Below, one piece after another: positions 9,779 to 19,822 of a DNA stretch of 64,000 nucleotides; the first letter of the stretch is position 1, and each line of letters begins with the position of its first letter. The DNA is from an uncultured Acholeplasmataceae bacterium. Its GTDB lineage: Bacteria > Bacillota_I > Bacilli_A > Acholeplasmatales > Acholeplasmataceae. Under the pieces are notes generated by a model. It had not been told where the DNA came from and made no database searches. It saw only the letters and a program-made list of their open reading frames with translations. The translations under genes and the position numbers were made by a program. The DNA lies in NCBI GenBank assembly GCA_963541505.1, contig CAUTSJ010000003.1:590-64589 (forward strand), in the 5' to 3' direction.

Positions 9779-10015
9779 TTAGAAACCTTTTGTAATTAGT
9801 ACACGACTAACGATGATAAATATTACAAATAAAGTAGAAAACACAGCCATTGTAATGTTTAAAACAGCCTCAAGTCCTCGCGCTTTTTTATTTTTAAATA
9901 ATTCTGATTTATCACCGGAAAAAGCATCTTGCAAATCATCTTTAGATTGTTGCAGCAATACATTTGCAACCATTAAAATAGATAATATAAAAACTAGCCA
10001 ATCACTCCAAAGCAT
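9779..10015 (-). CDS. secG: Preprotein translocase subunit SecG
   Basis: 78 aa, two TM helices with an intervening LLQQSKDD..FSG.. segment typical of SecG. Confidence 0.7.
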   Translation of the reverse strand: MLWSDWLVFILSILMVANVLLQQSKDDLQDAFSGDKSELFKNKKARGLEAVLNITMAVFSTLFVIFIIVSRVLITKGF

Positions 10016-10221
10016 TTGTGTACCTCGTTCAACTCTTAAATTATACCACGACGCCGTAATTTTGGGCCGATATTTAAGTTATTTAAAAATTATTCAAAGA
10101 GTTTCTAAATTTGAATAAAAACACCTTAAAAATAGGTGATTATGCTTCTAAAATCTGCAGAAAACGATAGAAAAAACTCTTTATTTATATTATAATTAAA
10201 AAGATAATTAAGGAGCAAGAA

Positions 10222-11166
10222 ATGATTAAAAAAAATAAAATTATCTTAGTCGGAGACGGTCAAGTAGGTTCGTCTTTTGCATTTGCCTCAACAATTTTAG
10301 GAGTAGGCACAGAAATCGGGATTGTTGATATCAACAAAGCCAGAACAGAAGGAGATGCACTAGATCTGCAAGACGTGTTAGTACACGGTCCAAACGTCAA
10401 AGTTTATGCAGCTGACTATAAAGACTGTCATGACGCTGAAATTGTGGTAATTACAGCAGGCGCTGCTCAAAAACCAGGTCAAACTCGCCTTGAGTTAATT
10501 GATATTAACTTAAAAATTATGGAAGGTATTGTCAAAGAAATCATGAAAAGTGGTTTCAACGGTATTTTCTTAGTAGTTTCAAACCCTGTAGACATCATGA
10601 CCTACGCTGTTAAGAAGTTCTCAGGTTTTCCAAAAGAACGAGTAATCGGTTCAGGTACAGTCCTAGACTCAGCACGTCTACGCTATGCTTTATCTGAATA
10701 TTTAGAAGTTGACCCAAGAAACGTACACGCATACGTCATGGGCGAACACGGTGACTCTGAGTTTGCAGCATTCTCCGCTGCATCAGTTGCTGGACTTAAA
10801 CTAAACAAATACCTTGGAAAAAGATGCGGAGTTAACTGCGATAAACTAATGGAAATTGAAGACTGCGTGCGCCACAAAGCCTATGAAATCATTAACCGCA
10901 AAGGCGCAACTTATTACGGAATTGGTACTGCGATGACCAGAATTTGTAAAGCTATTCTTTCAAACGAAAACGCTGTTCTTTCGGTTTCTGCATACTTAGA
11001 CGGAGAATACGGACTAAAAGATGTATATCTTGGAACTCCTTGTGTGATAAATGCATCCGGAATTCGTGAAGTTCTACAACTTGAACTTGACGAACGCGAA
11101 ACTAAAGCCATTCAAAAATCACACAAAGTACTTAAAGACATCATTGACCGTCAAGTTAATAAATAA
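10222..11166 (+). CDS. ldh: L-lactate dehydrogenase
   Basis: 314 aa with NAD-binding VGDGQVGSS, substrate/catalytic segments GSGTVLDSARLR and GEHGDSE, and an AAGGAG RBS. Confidence 0.93.
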   Translation: MIKKNKIILVGDGQVGSSFAFASTILGVGTEIGIVDINKARTEGDALDLQDVLVHGPNVKVYAADYKDCHDAEIVVITAGAAQKPGQTRLELIDINLKIMEGIVKEIMKSGFNGIFLVVSNPVDIMTYAVKKFSGFPKERVIGSGTVLDSARLRYALSEYLEVDPRNVHAYVMGEHGDSEFAAFSAASVAGLKLNKYLGKRCGVNCDKLMEIEDCVRHKAYEIINRKGATYYGIGTAMTRICKAILSNENAVLSVSAYLDGEYGLKDVYLGTPCVINASGIREVLQLELDERETKAIQKSHKVLKDIIDRQVNK

Positions 11167-11221
11167 CAAATCAATTTAAACTAAAAAATAAATCTTGATT
11201 TAAGGAGTATTTAACTTATTT

Positions 11222-12085
11222 ATGTTAGTAAACGCACACGATATGGTACACAAAGCACGCCAAGGTGGCTACGCTGTTGCTCATATCAATATTAATAATT
11301 TAGAATGGACTCGTTTAGTTTTAGAAGTTGCAGAAGAACAAAAAAGTCCAGTAATTATTGGAGTTTCAGAAGGCGCTATTCGCTACATGGGTGGCTTTAA
11401 AACAGTTGCACAAATGGTCTTTGCTTTACACGACGACCTTCAAATTACTGTACCTGTTGCTCTGCACCTGGACCACGGAACTTACGAAGGCACTAAAAAA
11501 GCGATTGCCGCTGGCTTTACTTCTGTGATGTTTGACGGTTCTCATTTTGCCTTTCAAGAAAACTACGCAAAAACTAAAGAACTGCTACAACTAGCTAAAG
11601 CCAAAAATATTTCTTTTGAAGCAGAAGTTGGAACTATTGGTGGCGAAGAAGATGGTGTGATTGGCAACGGAGAACTAGCTGACCCTAAAGAAGCCAAAGC
11701 CATGCAAGAACTTGGTATTGACTTTTTGGCCGCAGGTGTTGGAAACATCCACGGACCATATCCTCTTAACTGGAAAGGACTATCATTTGCGCAAATTGAA
11801 CTGCTTTCCAAAGAAACTGCGAACTTTCCACTAGTTCTACACGGTGGAACCGGAATTCCTGAAGAGCAAGTTAAAAAAGCCATTAAACTGGGAATTGCTA
11901 AAATCAACGTCAACACTGAACTGCAACAAGCCTTTAGAGATGGGCTGCATGAATACTTTCAAGCAGGACTTGATCAAGTTGGAAAGGGCTACGACCCTCG
12001 TAAAATTCTGAAACCAGGAGTTGAACGCGCCAAGGATATAGTTCGCCAAAAAATGCAGTTTTTTGGTTCAGTTGGCAAATGCTAA
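11222..12085 (+). CDS. fba: Fructose-bisphosphate aldolase, class II
   Basis: 287 aa with ALHLDHG and LVLHGGTGIP motifs of class II (zinc) aldolases. Confidence 0.92.
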   Translation: MLVNAHDMVHKARQGGYAVAHININNLEWTRLVLEVAEEQKSPVIIGVSEGAIRYMGGFKTVAQMVFALHDDLQITVPVALHLDHGTYEGTKKAIAAGFTSVMFDGSHFAFQENYAKTKELLQLAKAKNISFEAEVGTIGGEEDGVIGNGELADPKEAKAMQELGIDFLAAGVGNIHGPYPLNWKGLSFAQIELLSKETANFPLVLHGGTGIPEEQVKKAIKLGIAKINVNTELQQAFRDGLHEYFQAGLDQVGKGYDPRKILKPGVERAKDIVRQKMQFFGSVGKC

Positions 12086-12627
12086 ACAAGCACTCTAAAC
12101 TTAGTCAAATCAGAAAGTTTACGCAGTCTGATGACTTTGCTGTTTTAACTCGTTTTATTGAAAAAAACTACTTAGTTGCAGGGCTATTTGAAAATACAGT
12201 TTCTTGCTTAAAATTATATTTAGCTCCAGTTGATTTCACCAACAAAGAAATTGAAGATGCTTTCGGTTTAATGAATTATTTAGAGCGTCAAGTTGAGACT
12301 TTTAAAGAAATTTTAGTTAAACACCCTGATTCTTATCTTTCTGAAAAAGAAAAAGAAGTTTATATTTTAGGTTCCTTGGTAGAATGCGTTTTTTTATCAA
12401 GTCTTTTAGAAGACGATGAATCTGCGAAATTTGAGGCTTATTTAGAAGCTGTTCTTTACTTTTTAGTCTTTAATAAAGGTGACACACCTGATTTTAAGAA
12501 AATCATTGAAGACATTATGAAAGCACAGGCTTTGATGTTTGCAGAAATTGCTAGATTCGAGGACTTTGCTTTCGGTTTAGAGCAATCTCTTCGTCAAAAC
12601 TACGGAGTTGAAATTAAAGAAAGATAA
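12079..12627 (+). CDS. Hypothetical protein, translationally coupled to fba
   Basis: 182-aa ORF whose ATG overlaps the fba stop (ATGCTAA). No recognisable motif. Confidence 0.55.
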   Translation: MLNKHSKLSQIRKFTQSDDFAVLTRFIEKNYLVAGLFENTVSCLKLYLAPVDFTNKEIEDAFGLMNYLERQVETFKEILVKHPDSYLSEKEKEVYILGSLVECVFLSSLLEDDESAKFEAYLEAVLYFLVFNKGDTPDFKKIIEDIMKAQALMFAEIARFEDFAFGLEQSLRQNYGVEIKER

Positions 12628-12643
12628 TTTATTAAAATTTTAG

Positions 12644-14464
12644 ATGAAAAAAAACCAAAACAATAAATTTTATTTTTTAAAACTAATTGTTCGTTTTTGT
12701 CCTTATTTGTTTTTTGGAGCAGCAGTACTAGTTGTAATTAACTGGTATCAACTTAAAATCCCTGAACTTTTTAGAGAAATCTTGACAATTTTTAAAACAA
12801 ATAAAGCAGAACTAACCAGCAAAAAAATAGAGGTGTATAGCCATATCACCTCTATTTTAATGTTGCTTGGACTTTTAATTTTAGGTAGATTTATGTGGCG
12901 GTTTGCATTATTTGGCACATCTAGATTAGTTGAAAGTAAAATGCGAGTTGATTTGTTTGAAAAACAAACAAAACAAAGTCAAACCCACTTTAAAACCACT
13001 AAAACTGGTGCGCTAATGTCGTATTTTACACAAGATATTAACCAAATTAGAATGACTGTGGCACTGAGTTTCTTAATGCTTTCAGACATTATTTTTTTAG
13101 GTGGCTTTACTTTATATAAAATGTTCACGTTGTCTTGGGCTGCGTCTACTGCTTTTTTGGTACCTTTAACTTTTGTATTTTTAGTATCGCTTTACTTTGG
13201 CCGCCAAATGAGGGCGCACTTCAAGACTTCTCGTGCTAACTACACAATAATGCAGGACTTTGTTCAAGAGATTTTTCAAGGACACGCGGTAATTAAGGCT
13301 TTTTTAAGAGAAACTTGGGCATATGCTCACTTTGGAGTGCTTGCCAAAAACTACAGTGCAGCCTACTCAAAAAGCGCCAAGGCTGGTTTTAAAAATCACT
13401 TTTTTAACCAATTGATTACTGGTCTTAACTTAACTGTCTTAATTTTTACGCTTTCTTTAATCATAATTTATCCAAGTAAAGTGTTTGGTAAACTTGAATC
13501 TGAGGACATGATTTTGTTTATCACCTATGTTTTTACCCTTTCTTGGCCTTTGATTGCAATCGGTCATTTTGTATCAATGCTTTCTAAAACCTTAGTTTCA
13601 AGACGTGTATTTTTAAATGCCTTAAACAAAGAAAGTGAAACAGAAGTTAATTCCACCAAAGAAGTTGTGTTTGCTAGATACTTAAAAACAAACAAGAACA
13701 TTTTGGCTGCTGATTTAACTTCAGAAATTGAGTTTAAAAACTTCAGCTTTGCATATCCAGATGACCCTAAAAACTTGGTGCTTAAAAACTTAAACTTAAA
13801 AATTAAACCTGGTCAAACTATTGGGATACTCGGCCGCACTGGTTCTGGGAAAACCACAATCGGCGAAATATTGCTAAAAGTCTATAGCTCTCAAAACGGC
13901 AAATGTTTAATTGGAGGAGTAGATATCAATAGTCTCTCTCAAAACACCCTTGCTGAGCAAATTGGCTATGTTTCTCAAAACGGGTTTTTGTTTTCAGATA
14001 CTATTGCTGCCAACGTTAACTTTAAAAATAAATATCTAGACCAAGTAGTGCTTGACAAACTATATGCTAGTTTTGATTTAAAAAACACCCTTGCTAACTT
14101 AGAACACGGGCAAAACACCAAGATTTTGGAAAACGGCAAAAACTTATCTGGTGGCGAAAAACAGCGAATATCTTTGGCTCGTGCATTTCTAAATAACCCA
14201 AAAATCTTAATTTTAGACGACGCACTTTCTGCGCTTGACATGAAAACCGAGCAGAAAATCCTTGATTCTATTAACAAACTAAAAACACCCGAGATGGTAG
14301 TTATACTAATTTCGCATCGCATATCTTCAATCATGGCTGCCAACAACATTTTTATTTTAAAAAATGGTACAGTTGCAGATTTTGGCACACACACGGAACT
14401 TATTTTAAAAAACCAAGAATACAGACTACTAATGCAGACGCAGAGCATGAAAGGTCTTGAATAA
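12644..14464 (+). CDS. ABC exporter, fused permease/ATP-binding subunit (first of a pair)
   Basis: 606 aa with an N-terminal multi-TM domain, Walker A GRTGSGKTT, signature LSGGEKQR and Walker B ILILDDALS. Confidence 0.9.
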   Translation: MKKNQNNKFYFLKLIVRFCPYLFFGAAVLVVINWYQLKIPELFREILTIFKTNKAELTSKKIEVYSHITSILMLLGLLILGRFMWRFALFGTSRLVESKMRVDLFEKQTKQSQTHFKTTKTGALMSYFTQDINQIRMTVALSFLMLSDIIFLGGFTLYKMFTLSWAASTAFLVPLTFVFLVSLYFGRQMRAHFKTSRANYTIMQDFVQEIFQGHAVIKAFLRETWAYAHFGVLAKNYSAAYSKSAKAGFKNHFFNQLITGLNLTVLIFTLSLIIIYPSKVFGKLESEDMILFITYVFTLSWPLIAIGHFVSMLSKTLVSRRVFLNALNKESETEVNSTKEVVFARYLKTNKNILAADLTSEIEFKNFSFAYPDDPKNLVLKNLNLKIKPGQTIGILGRTGSGKTTIGEILLKVYSSQNGKCLIGGVDINSLSQNTLAEQIGYVSQNGFLFSDTIAANVNFKNKYLDQVVLDKLYASFDLKNTLANLEHGQNTKILENGKNLSGGEKQRISLARAFLNNPKILILDDALSALDMKTEQKILDSINKLKTPEMVVILISHRISSIMAANNIFILKNGTVADFGTHTELILKNQEYRLLMQTQSMKGLE

Positions 14465-16212
14465 TGCCGAGACTTAAAGATGCTTTTACTAAAAACAACA
14501 TAAAACTAATTCGTAAGCACCGAAAAACCTTGCTTACTAGTTTTCTTTTGTCTATTTTGTTCTCGCTTTCTGCAGCACTTCCTCAGTCTATTTTTGGCAA
14601 AATCATGAAAGTAGTTGACGGCAAAGGCACTTTTCTTGGGGCCACCGGTATTTGGGCTATTTTAATTGCTTTAATTGTCTTGACCTTCTTTTCAGTTTTC
14701 ACAGCTCTGGCTAAGTTATTTAATTCAGTGCAACTTGACAAAATTGGTCAAGACTACGTTTTTCAAATTAGACTAGAAACTTTTAAAAAAATACTTTCGT
14801 TTTCAAGTGGTAACATGCAAAAAAACCAAACAGGGTCTTTAACTTCCCGAGTTTGCTCGTCTGCTGAAGAACTTTACTATTTTCTTTCAGCGCTTCTGCC
14901 AGGAATTTTAGAAAATATCTTTTTATTTGTTTCTATCTTTATCTACATGTTAATAATTTCGCCAATTTTAACACTTTACATGTTGATAAATATACCGGTT
15001 TTAATAATTTTAATAATTTTAACTACTTTTTTTACCAAAAAATCTTTTGATTTTTCTGACAACCAAAAGGCTAAAATCAACGGTTATTTGGCTGAAAACT
15101 TCCGCGGCATGAAGATCACTCAAGTTTTTGGCAAACAGGCCAAGAAGAACGCTGAGTTTCGCGTGCAAGAAAGAAAACTACTAAAGGCTAACTTAAAAAT
15201 TATGCTGATGCACAACTTTTTAAGACCAATAATTTTCGGAGTTTCAACAGTTGCCCAAGTTTATTTGTTTTATGTGGCTTTTAACTTAATTTTAAAAGGA
15301 ACAATTAAAGACATTTACATAGTTCCGCCTTTCTTTATTTTAATTGAAACTTTCTTTCACCCTATTTTGTGGTTTTCAGAGCAGTTTGTCGAAGTTCAAT
15401 CTACTATGGTGGCTTCTGGCAAGATTAACAAAATTCTTGAAACTGAACCCGAAATTAAAGAAAGCAAAGGTGAATTGATTCAAGAAGTTAAGAAGTTTGA
15501 CATTGAGTTTAAAGAAGTTCACTTTGAGTATGCCTTAAATGAATCCGTGCTTAAAGGTGTTAACTTTAAGTTAGAAAGTGGCAAAACTTACTCGTTTGTT
15601 GGTAAGACCGGCTCTGGTAAAACCACGGTTTTAAATTTACTTACCCGTCAATTTGACATTCAAAAAGGCCAGATTTTAATTGACAACGCAGAAATTTCTC
15701 AGTATTCCCTTTACGCGCTTCGTGAAAAAATCGGTGTGATGCAACAAGATGTATACCTATTTAATGACACAATTTTGGCAAATATTACTTTGAATAACCC
15801 GAAAATCACAAAGGAAAAAGTGATGGAAACACTTGAATTTCTTGGATGTACAGATCTAGTTTTGAAATACGAAAAAGGACTTGACCATATTTTGGAAGAA
15901 AACGGCAAGAACTTATCGGCAGGTGAGCGTCAACTTATTTCTTTTGCTCGCACAATTTGCAAAGACCCACTGCTGATTTTACTAGACGAAGCAACTGCCA
16001 ACATTGACACTAAAACCGAAAGCGTTATCCAGGCATCACTTGATAAAATTAAGGGTAAATACACGCTAATTGTGGTTGCCCACAGGCTTTCTACAATTCA
16101 AAACAGCCACTGCATTTTTGTCCTTAAAGATGGTAAAATTATAGAAAGTGGAACTCACAGGGAGTTGCTTTTAAAAAAAGGTGAGTATTTTAACTACTTT
16201 CCAAAAAGTTAA
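14464..16212 (+). CDS. ABC exporter, fused permease/ATP-binding subunit (second of a pair)
   Basis: 582 aa with Walker A GKTGSGKTT, signature LSAGERQ and Walker B LILLDEAT. Its start overlaps the previous stop (TAATG). Confidence 0.9.
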   Translation: MPRLKDAFTKNNIKLIRKHRKTLLTSFLLSILFSLSAALPQSIFGKIMKVVDGKGTFLGATGIWAILIALIVLTFFSVFTALAKLFNSVQLDKIGQDYVFQIRLETFKKILSFSSGNMQKNQTGSLTSRVCSSAEELYYFLSALLPGILENIFLFVSIFIYMLIISPILTLYMLINIPVLIILIILTTFFTKKSFDFSDNQKAKINGYLAENFRGMKITQVFGKQAKKNAEFRVQERKLLKANLKIMLMHNFLRPIIFGVSTVAQVYLFYVAFNLILKGTIKDIYIVPPFFILIETFFHPILWFSEQFVEVQSTMVASGKINKILETEPEIKESKGELIQEVKKFDIEFKEVHFEYALNESVLKGVNFKLESGKTYSFVGKTGSGKTTVLNLLTRQFDIQKGQILIDNAEISQYSLYALREKIGVMQQDVYLFNDTILANITLNNPKITKEKVMETLEFLGCTDLVLKYEKGLDHILEENGKNLSAGERQLISFARTICKDPLLILLDEATANIDTKTESVIQASLDKIKGKYTLIVVAHRLSTIQNSHCIFVLKDGKIIESGTHRELLLKKGEYFNYFPKS

Positions 16213-16253
16213 CTTATTTTAACTAAATTTTAAAGATACCGAGGTACCTATTT

Positions 16254-18737
16254 ATGTTTTTAAAAAAATTATTTGACCCTTCTCGCAAACTTCTAAAGAA
16301 AGCAAAAAAAATCGCAAACAAAGTTTTAGCCCTAGAAAACGAATACAAAGCCCTTAAAGACGAAGATTTTCCGCGAATTACAAACGAATACAAGGCTGCT
16401 TTAAAAGCCGGCAAAACCACACTTGAGGAATTAGTTGTTCCTGCTTTTGCTTTAGTTAGAGAAGCCTCTACTAGAGTTACTGGCCTTACTCCTTTCTTTG
16501 TGCAAATCGCTGGTGCCTACATTATTCACGGTGGTAATATCGCTGAGATGAAAACTGGTGAAGGAAAGACTTTGACAGCCGTGATGCCAGCATACTTAAA
16601 TGCTTTAACTGAGCAAGGTGTGCATATTGTGACTGTCAACGAATACTTAGCGACCCGTGAAGCAAAAGGTGAAATTGGTAAATTATTTGAGTTTTTAGGA
16701 CTTTCAGTTGGACTTAATTTATCGCAAATGGAATCAGCAGAAAAACAAGTAGCATATGAATGCGATATTCTGTATTCAACTAACTCAGAGTTAGGTTTTG
16801 ACTATTTGCGCGACAATATCTCTCTGTATAAGGAAGATTTAGTTGGAAAAAGAGGTCTGAACTTTGCAATAATTGACGAGGTTGACTCAATTTTAATAGA
16901 CGAGGCAAGAACCCCGTTAATTATTTCTGGTGGTGCAAAAGACGATACCGCACTTTATCGCCGTGCTGATGGTTTTGCAAAATCTTTAAATGACGAAGAC
17001 TATATTATTGACATTGAAGATAAAGCCGTTGAACTTTCTGAAAGCGGAATGTCTAAAGCCGAGCGTTATTTTGGTGTTAAAAACTTATACGACATCTCTC
17101 AAGTTGCGCTCCTTCATCGCATCAACAATGCAATGCGCGCAAACTACATCATGGCCAGAGACAAAGACTACGTCGTTGCTGACAACAAAGTACTTATAGT
17201 TGATCAGTTTACCGGACGTATTTTAGACGGCCGTCAGTTTTCAGAAGGTCTACACCAAGCACTTGAGGCTAAGGAAAACGTTAAAATAAAGCAAGAAACC
17301 GTAACTGTTGCAACTATTACTTATCAAAACTTCTTTAGAATGTATAAAAAACTAGCCGGAATGACTGGTACTGCTAAAACTGAAGAAGAAGAGTTTAAAG
17401 AAATTTATAATATGTTAGTCGTGGAAGTCCCAACTAACGTAAAGGTTGAGCGAATTGACGCAACTGACTTGTTGTTTGCATCTGCTTCAGATAAGTTTAA
17501 AGCCTTGCTTGATGAAGTTCAAGAGCGACACGAAAAAGGTCAACCTATTTTGATTGGCACAATCGCGGTTGAAACCTCTGAGTATTTATCTCAACTTTTA
17601 ACTAAACGTGGAATTAAACACGAAGTCTTAAATGCCAAGCAACATGAACGCGAGGCTGAAATTATTAAAAACGCAGGGCTAGTTGGCGCGGTTACCATCG
17701 CTACCAACATGGCCGGTCGTGGTACCGACATTAAGTTAGGACCTGGTGTTAAAGAACTGGGCGGACTTGCGGTAATTGGCAGCGAAAGGCATGAGTCTCG
17801 TCGTATTGACAACCAGTTGCGCGGTAGATCTGGTCGACAAGGCGATCCTGGCTACTCTCGTTTCTACATTTCAGCAGACGATGAACTGCTGCAAAGATTC
17901 TCATCTGAAACTTTTAAAAACCGAGTTGCCTACATGCAAGGTCTACAACAAGATAAAAACTCAGATTCTGAATACATGCCGCCAATTGAGTCTAAAATGT
18001 TTTCATACATGGTAACCAATGCCCAGAAAAAAGTAGAAGGTATGAACTGCGACTCTCGTAAAAATGTCTTGAAATACGACGACGTCATGCGTATTCAAAG
18101 AGAAACTATCTATGCTGAGCGCGAGGCTGTGATTAAAAACCAAGATGTCCAAGAACTTGCCTACAAGATTTTAATTCAATACTTAAAAGACATTACTTTT
18201 GATCGTCTATACGGCCAAAAGAAAGGTCAACTAAACACTACTCCTCTGTTTAAATATTTAGACGGCAACATCTTTAAGTTAAATGCTATCAATTTTGACA
18301 CTTTAAAACAAAAACAGTCTATAACCGAAATTGAAAAATATTTACAAGAACTTGCAGACAAAGAAATTCAAGACAAGATTGAAAAATCTTCAGTCGAAGA
18401 GTACAATGAGTTTCTAAAAGTGATAATTTTAAGAACTATAGACACTTATTGGATGGAACACATTGACCGTATGCAAGGGCTTAGACAGGCGGTTTCACTG
18501 CAAGGTTATGCTCAGCAAAATCCAGTGATAGTTTATCAAAATGAGGGTAAACGCATGTTTCTAGAGATGCTTGACCAAATTAATGAAATGATTTCTAGAT
18601 ATATTTTAAGAGCCGTTGTTGAAAGAAACTCAGAACGTGAAGAGGTTGTTAAAAACGCCCAAACTAATCAAGCAACCGACTACAAAGGACCACAAAAACA
18701 GCCTAAAGCCTCAAAGAAAAAGAAACCGTGGCAATAG
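16254..18737 (+). CDS. secA: Preprotein translocase ATPase SecA
   Basis: 827 aa with MKTGEGKTL, IIDEVDSILIDEARTPLIISG and RGRSGRQGDPG motifs. Confidence 0.97.
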   Translation: MFLKKLFDPSRKLLKKAKKIANKVLALENEYKALKDEDFPRITNEYKAALKAGKTTLEELVVPAFALVREASTRVTGLTPFFVQIAGAYIIHGGNIAEMKTGEGKTLTAVMPAYLNALTEQGVHIVTVNEYLATREAKGEIGKLFEFLGLSVGLNLSQMESAEKQVAYECDILYSTNSELGFDYLRDNISLYKEDLVGKRGLNFAIIDEVDSILIDEARTPLIISGGAKDDTALYRRADGFAKSLNDEDYIIDIEDKAVELSESGMSKAERYFGVKNLYDISQVALLHRINNAMRANYIMARDKDYVVADNKVLIVDQFTGRILDGRQFSEGLHQALEAKENVKIKQETVTVATITYQNFFRMYKKLAGMTGTAKTEEEEFKEIYNMLVVEVPTNVKVERIDATDLLFASASDKFKALLDEVQERHEKGQPILIGTIAVETSEYLSQLLTKRGIKHEVLNAKQHEREAEIIKNAGLVGAVTIATNMAGRGTDIKLGPGVKELGGLAVIGSERHESRRIDNQLRGRSGRQGDPGYSRFYISADDELLQRFSSETFKNRVAYMQGLQQDKNSDSEYMPPIESKMFSYMVTNAQKKVEGMNCDSRKNVLKYDDVMRIQRETIYAEREAVIKNQDVQELAYKILIQYLKDITFDRLYGQKKGQLNTTPLFKYLDGNIFKLNAINFDTLKQKQSITEIEKYLQELADKEIQDKIEKSSVEEYNEFLKVIILRTIDTYWMEHIDRMQGLRQAVSLQGYAQQNPVIVYQNEGKRMFLEMLDQINEMISRYILRAVVERNSEREEVVKNAQTNQATDYKGPQKQPKASKKKKPWQ

Positions 18738-19822
18738 AAAATCGCGAACTTAAAAGTAGACTTGCTCACTTAGAAAGTAAGTTAAAGGAACTTTCTAATA
18801 CTGTTCAGCCAACCGAACTTAAAAAACAAATCCAGGAACTTAAGACAGTAGTTGAAGACGTTGATTTTTGGCAAAACCAAAACAACGCCAAAGTTGTTTT
18901 AAAGCAACTTGCAGAACTAGAAAGTAAGCTAAAGTCTTTTAACTTACTTAACTCTAAATTAACCGACTTAGTTGAACTTGCGGAATTGGTGGATTTAGAG
19001 ACAGGCGAAGAAATAGAAAAAGAACTTAACATTTTAGAAAAAGAAATCGCTGACTTTGAAGTTTTAACATTTTTAAACGAAGAGTACGACGACGCAAACT
19101 GTATTTTAGAAATTCACCAGGGAAGTGGAGGAACCGAGTCTAATGACTGGGTTGAAATGCTTCTTAATATGTATCTAAAATACGCCAAAATAGCCGGCTT
19201 TAAAACTACTATTCTTGACCTACAAAAAGGCGATACAACAGGATTTAAGGCGGTTTCTGTAAAAATTTCTGGAGCCTATTCCTATGGGTTTTTAAAAGGA
19301 GAAAGCGGTGTTCACCGCTTAGTTAGAATCTCTCCGTTTGACGCAAACAAACGCAGACATACTACCTTTGCTTCAGTCTTAGTAACTCCTGAAATTGAGC
19401 AAAACTATGACCTTGAAATTGCAAAAACTGATCTTAAAATCGATGTTTTTCGCTCATCTGGTGCAGGTGGACAGTCTGTAAACACCACAGATTCGGCTGT
19501 CAGAGTTACTTATCTTCCGCTGAACCTAGTGGTAACATGCCAAAATGAACGCTCACAAATTCAAAACCGAGAAACGGCGTTGTCCATTTTGAAAGGTAAA
19601 CTAATTGCCGCTAAAATAGCCCAACAAGCCGAAAATATACAAAAATTGCAAGGCGAAAAACTGCAGGCTACTTGGGGTAGTCAAATTAGGAGTTATGTAC
19701 TTTATCCATATAAACTAGTCAAAGATTTGCGCACTAATTTTGAAACCGCTAAGGCTGACGAAGTTTTAAACGGTGAAATTTCTGCATTTTTAAAGGAGTA
19801 TTTAAAATATAGAAAAAGATGA
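18728..19822 (+). CDS. prfB: Peptide chain release factor 2, single continuous frame
   Basis: 364 aa with the SPF tripeptide (RISPFD) and GGQ (SGAGGQSVN). The GTG start overlaps the secA stop by 10 nt. No internal in-frame TGA or frameshift site. Confidence 0.93.
   Translation: MAIENRELKSRLAHLESKLKELSNTVQPTELKKQIQELKTVVEDVDFWQNQNNAKVVLKQLAELESKLKSFNLLNSKLTDLVELAELVDLETGEEIEKELNILEKEIADFEVLTFLNEEYDDANCILEIHQGSGGTESNDWVEMLLNMYLKYAKIAGFKTTILDLQKGDTTGFKAVSVKISGAYSYGFLKGESGVHRLVRISPFDANKRRHTTFASVLVTPEIEQNYDLEIAKTDLKIDVFRSSGAGGQSVNTTDSAVRVTYLPLNLVVTCQNERSQIQNRETALSILKGKLIAAKIAQQAENIQKLQGEKLQATWGSQIRSYVLYPYKLVKDLRTNFETAKADEVLNGEISAFLKEYLKYRKR

Noticed and set aside
13975-14448. 157-aa antisense ORF inside the first ABC exporter gene
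   Set aside because: It lies entirely within the conserved NBD coding region on the opposite strand. It has no RBS or motif and is a typical AT-rich-genome shadow ORF. The same reasoning applies to 11563-11916, 24631-25104, 35163-35519 and the short ORFs antisense to 38131-41037.
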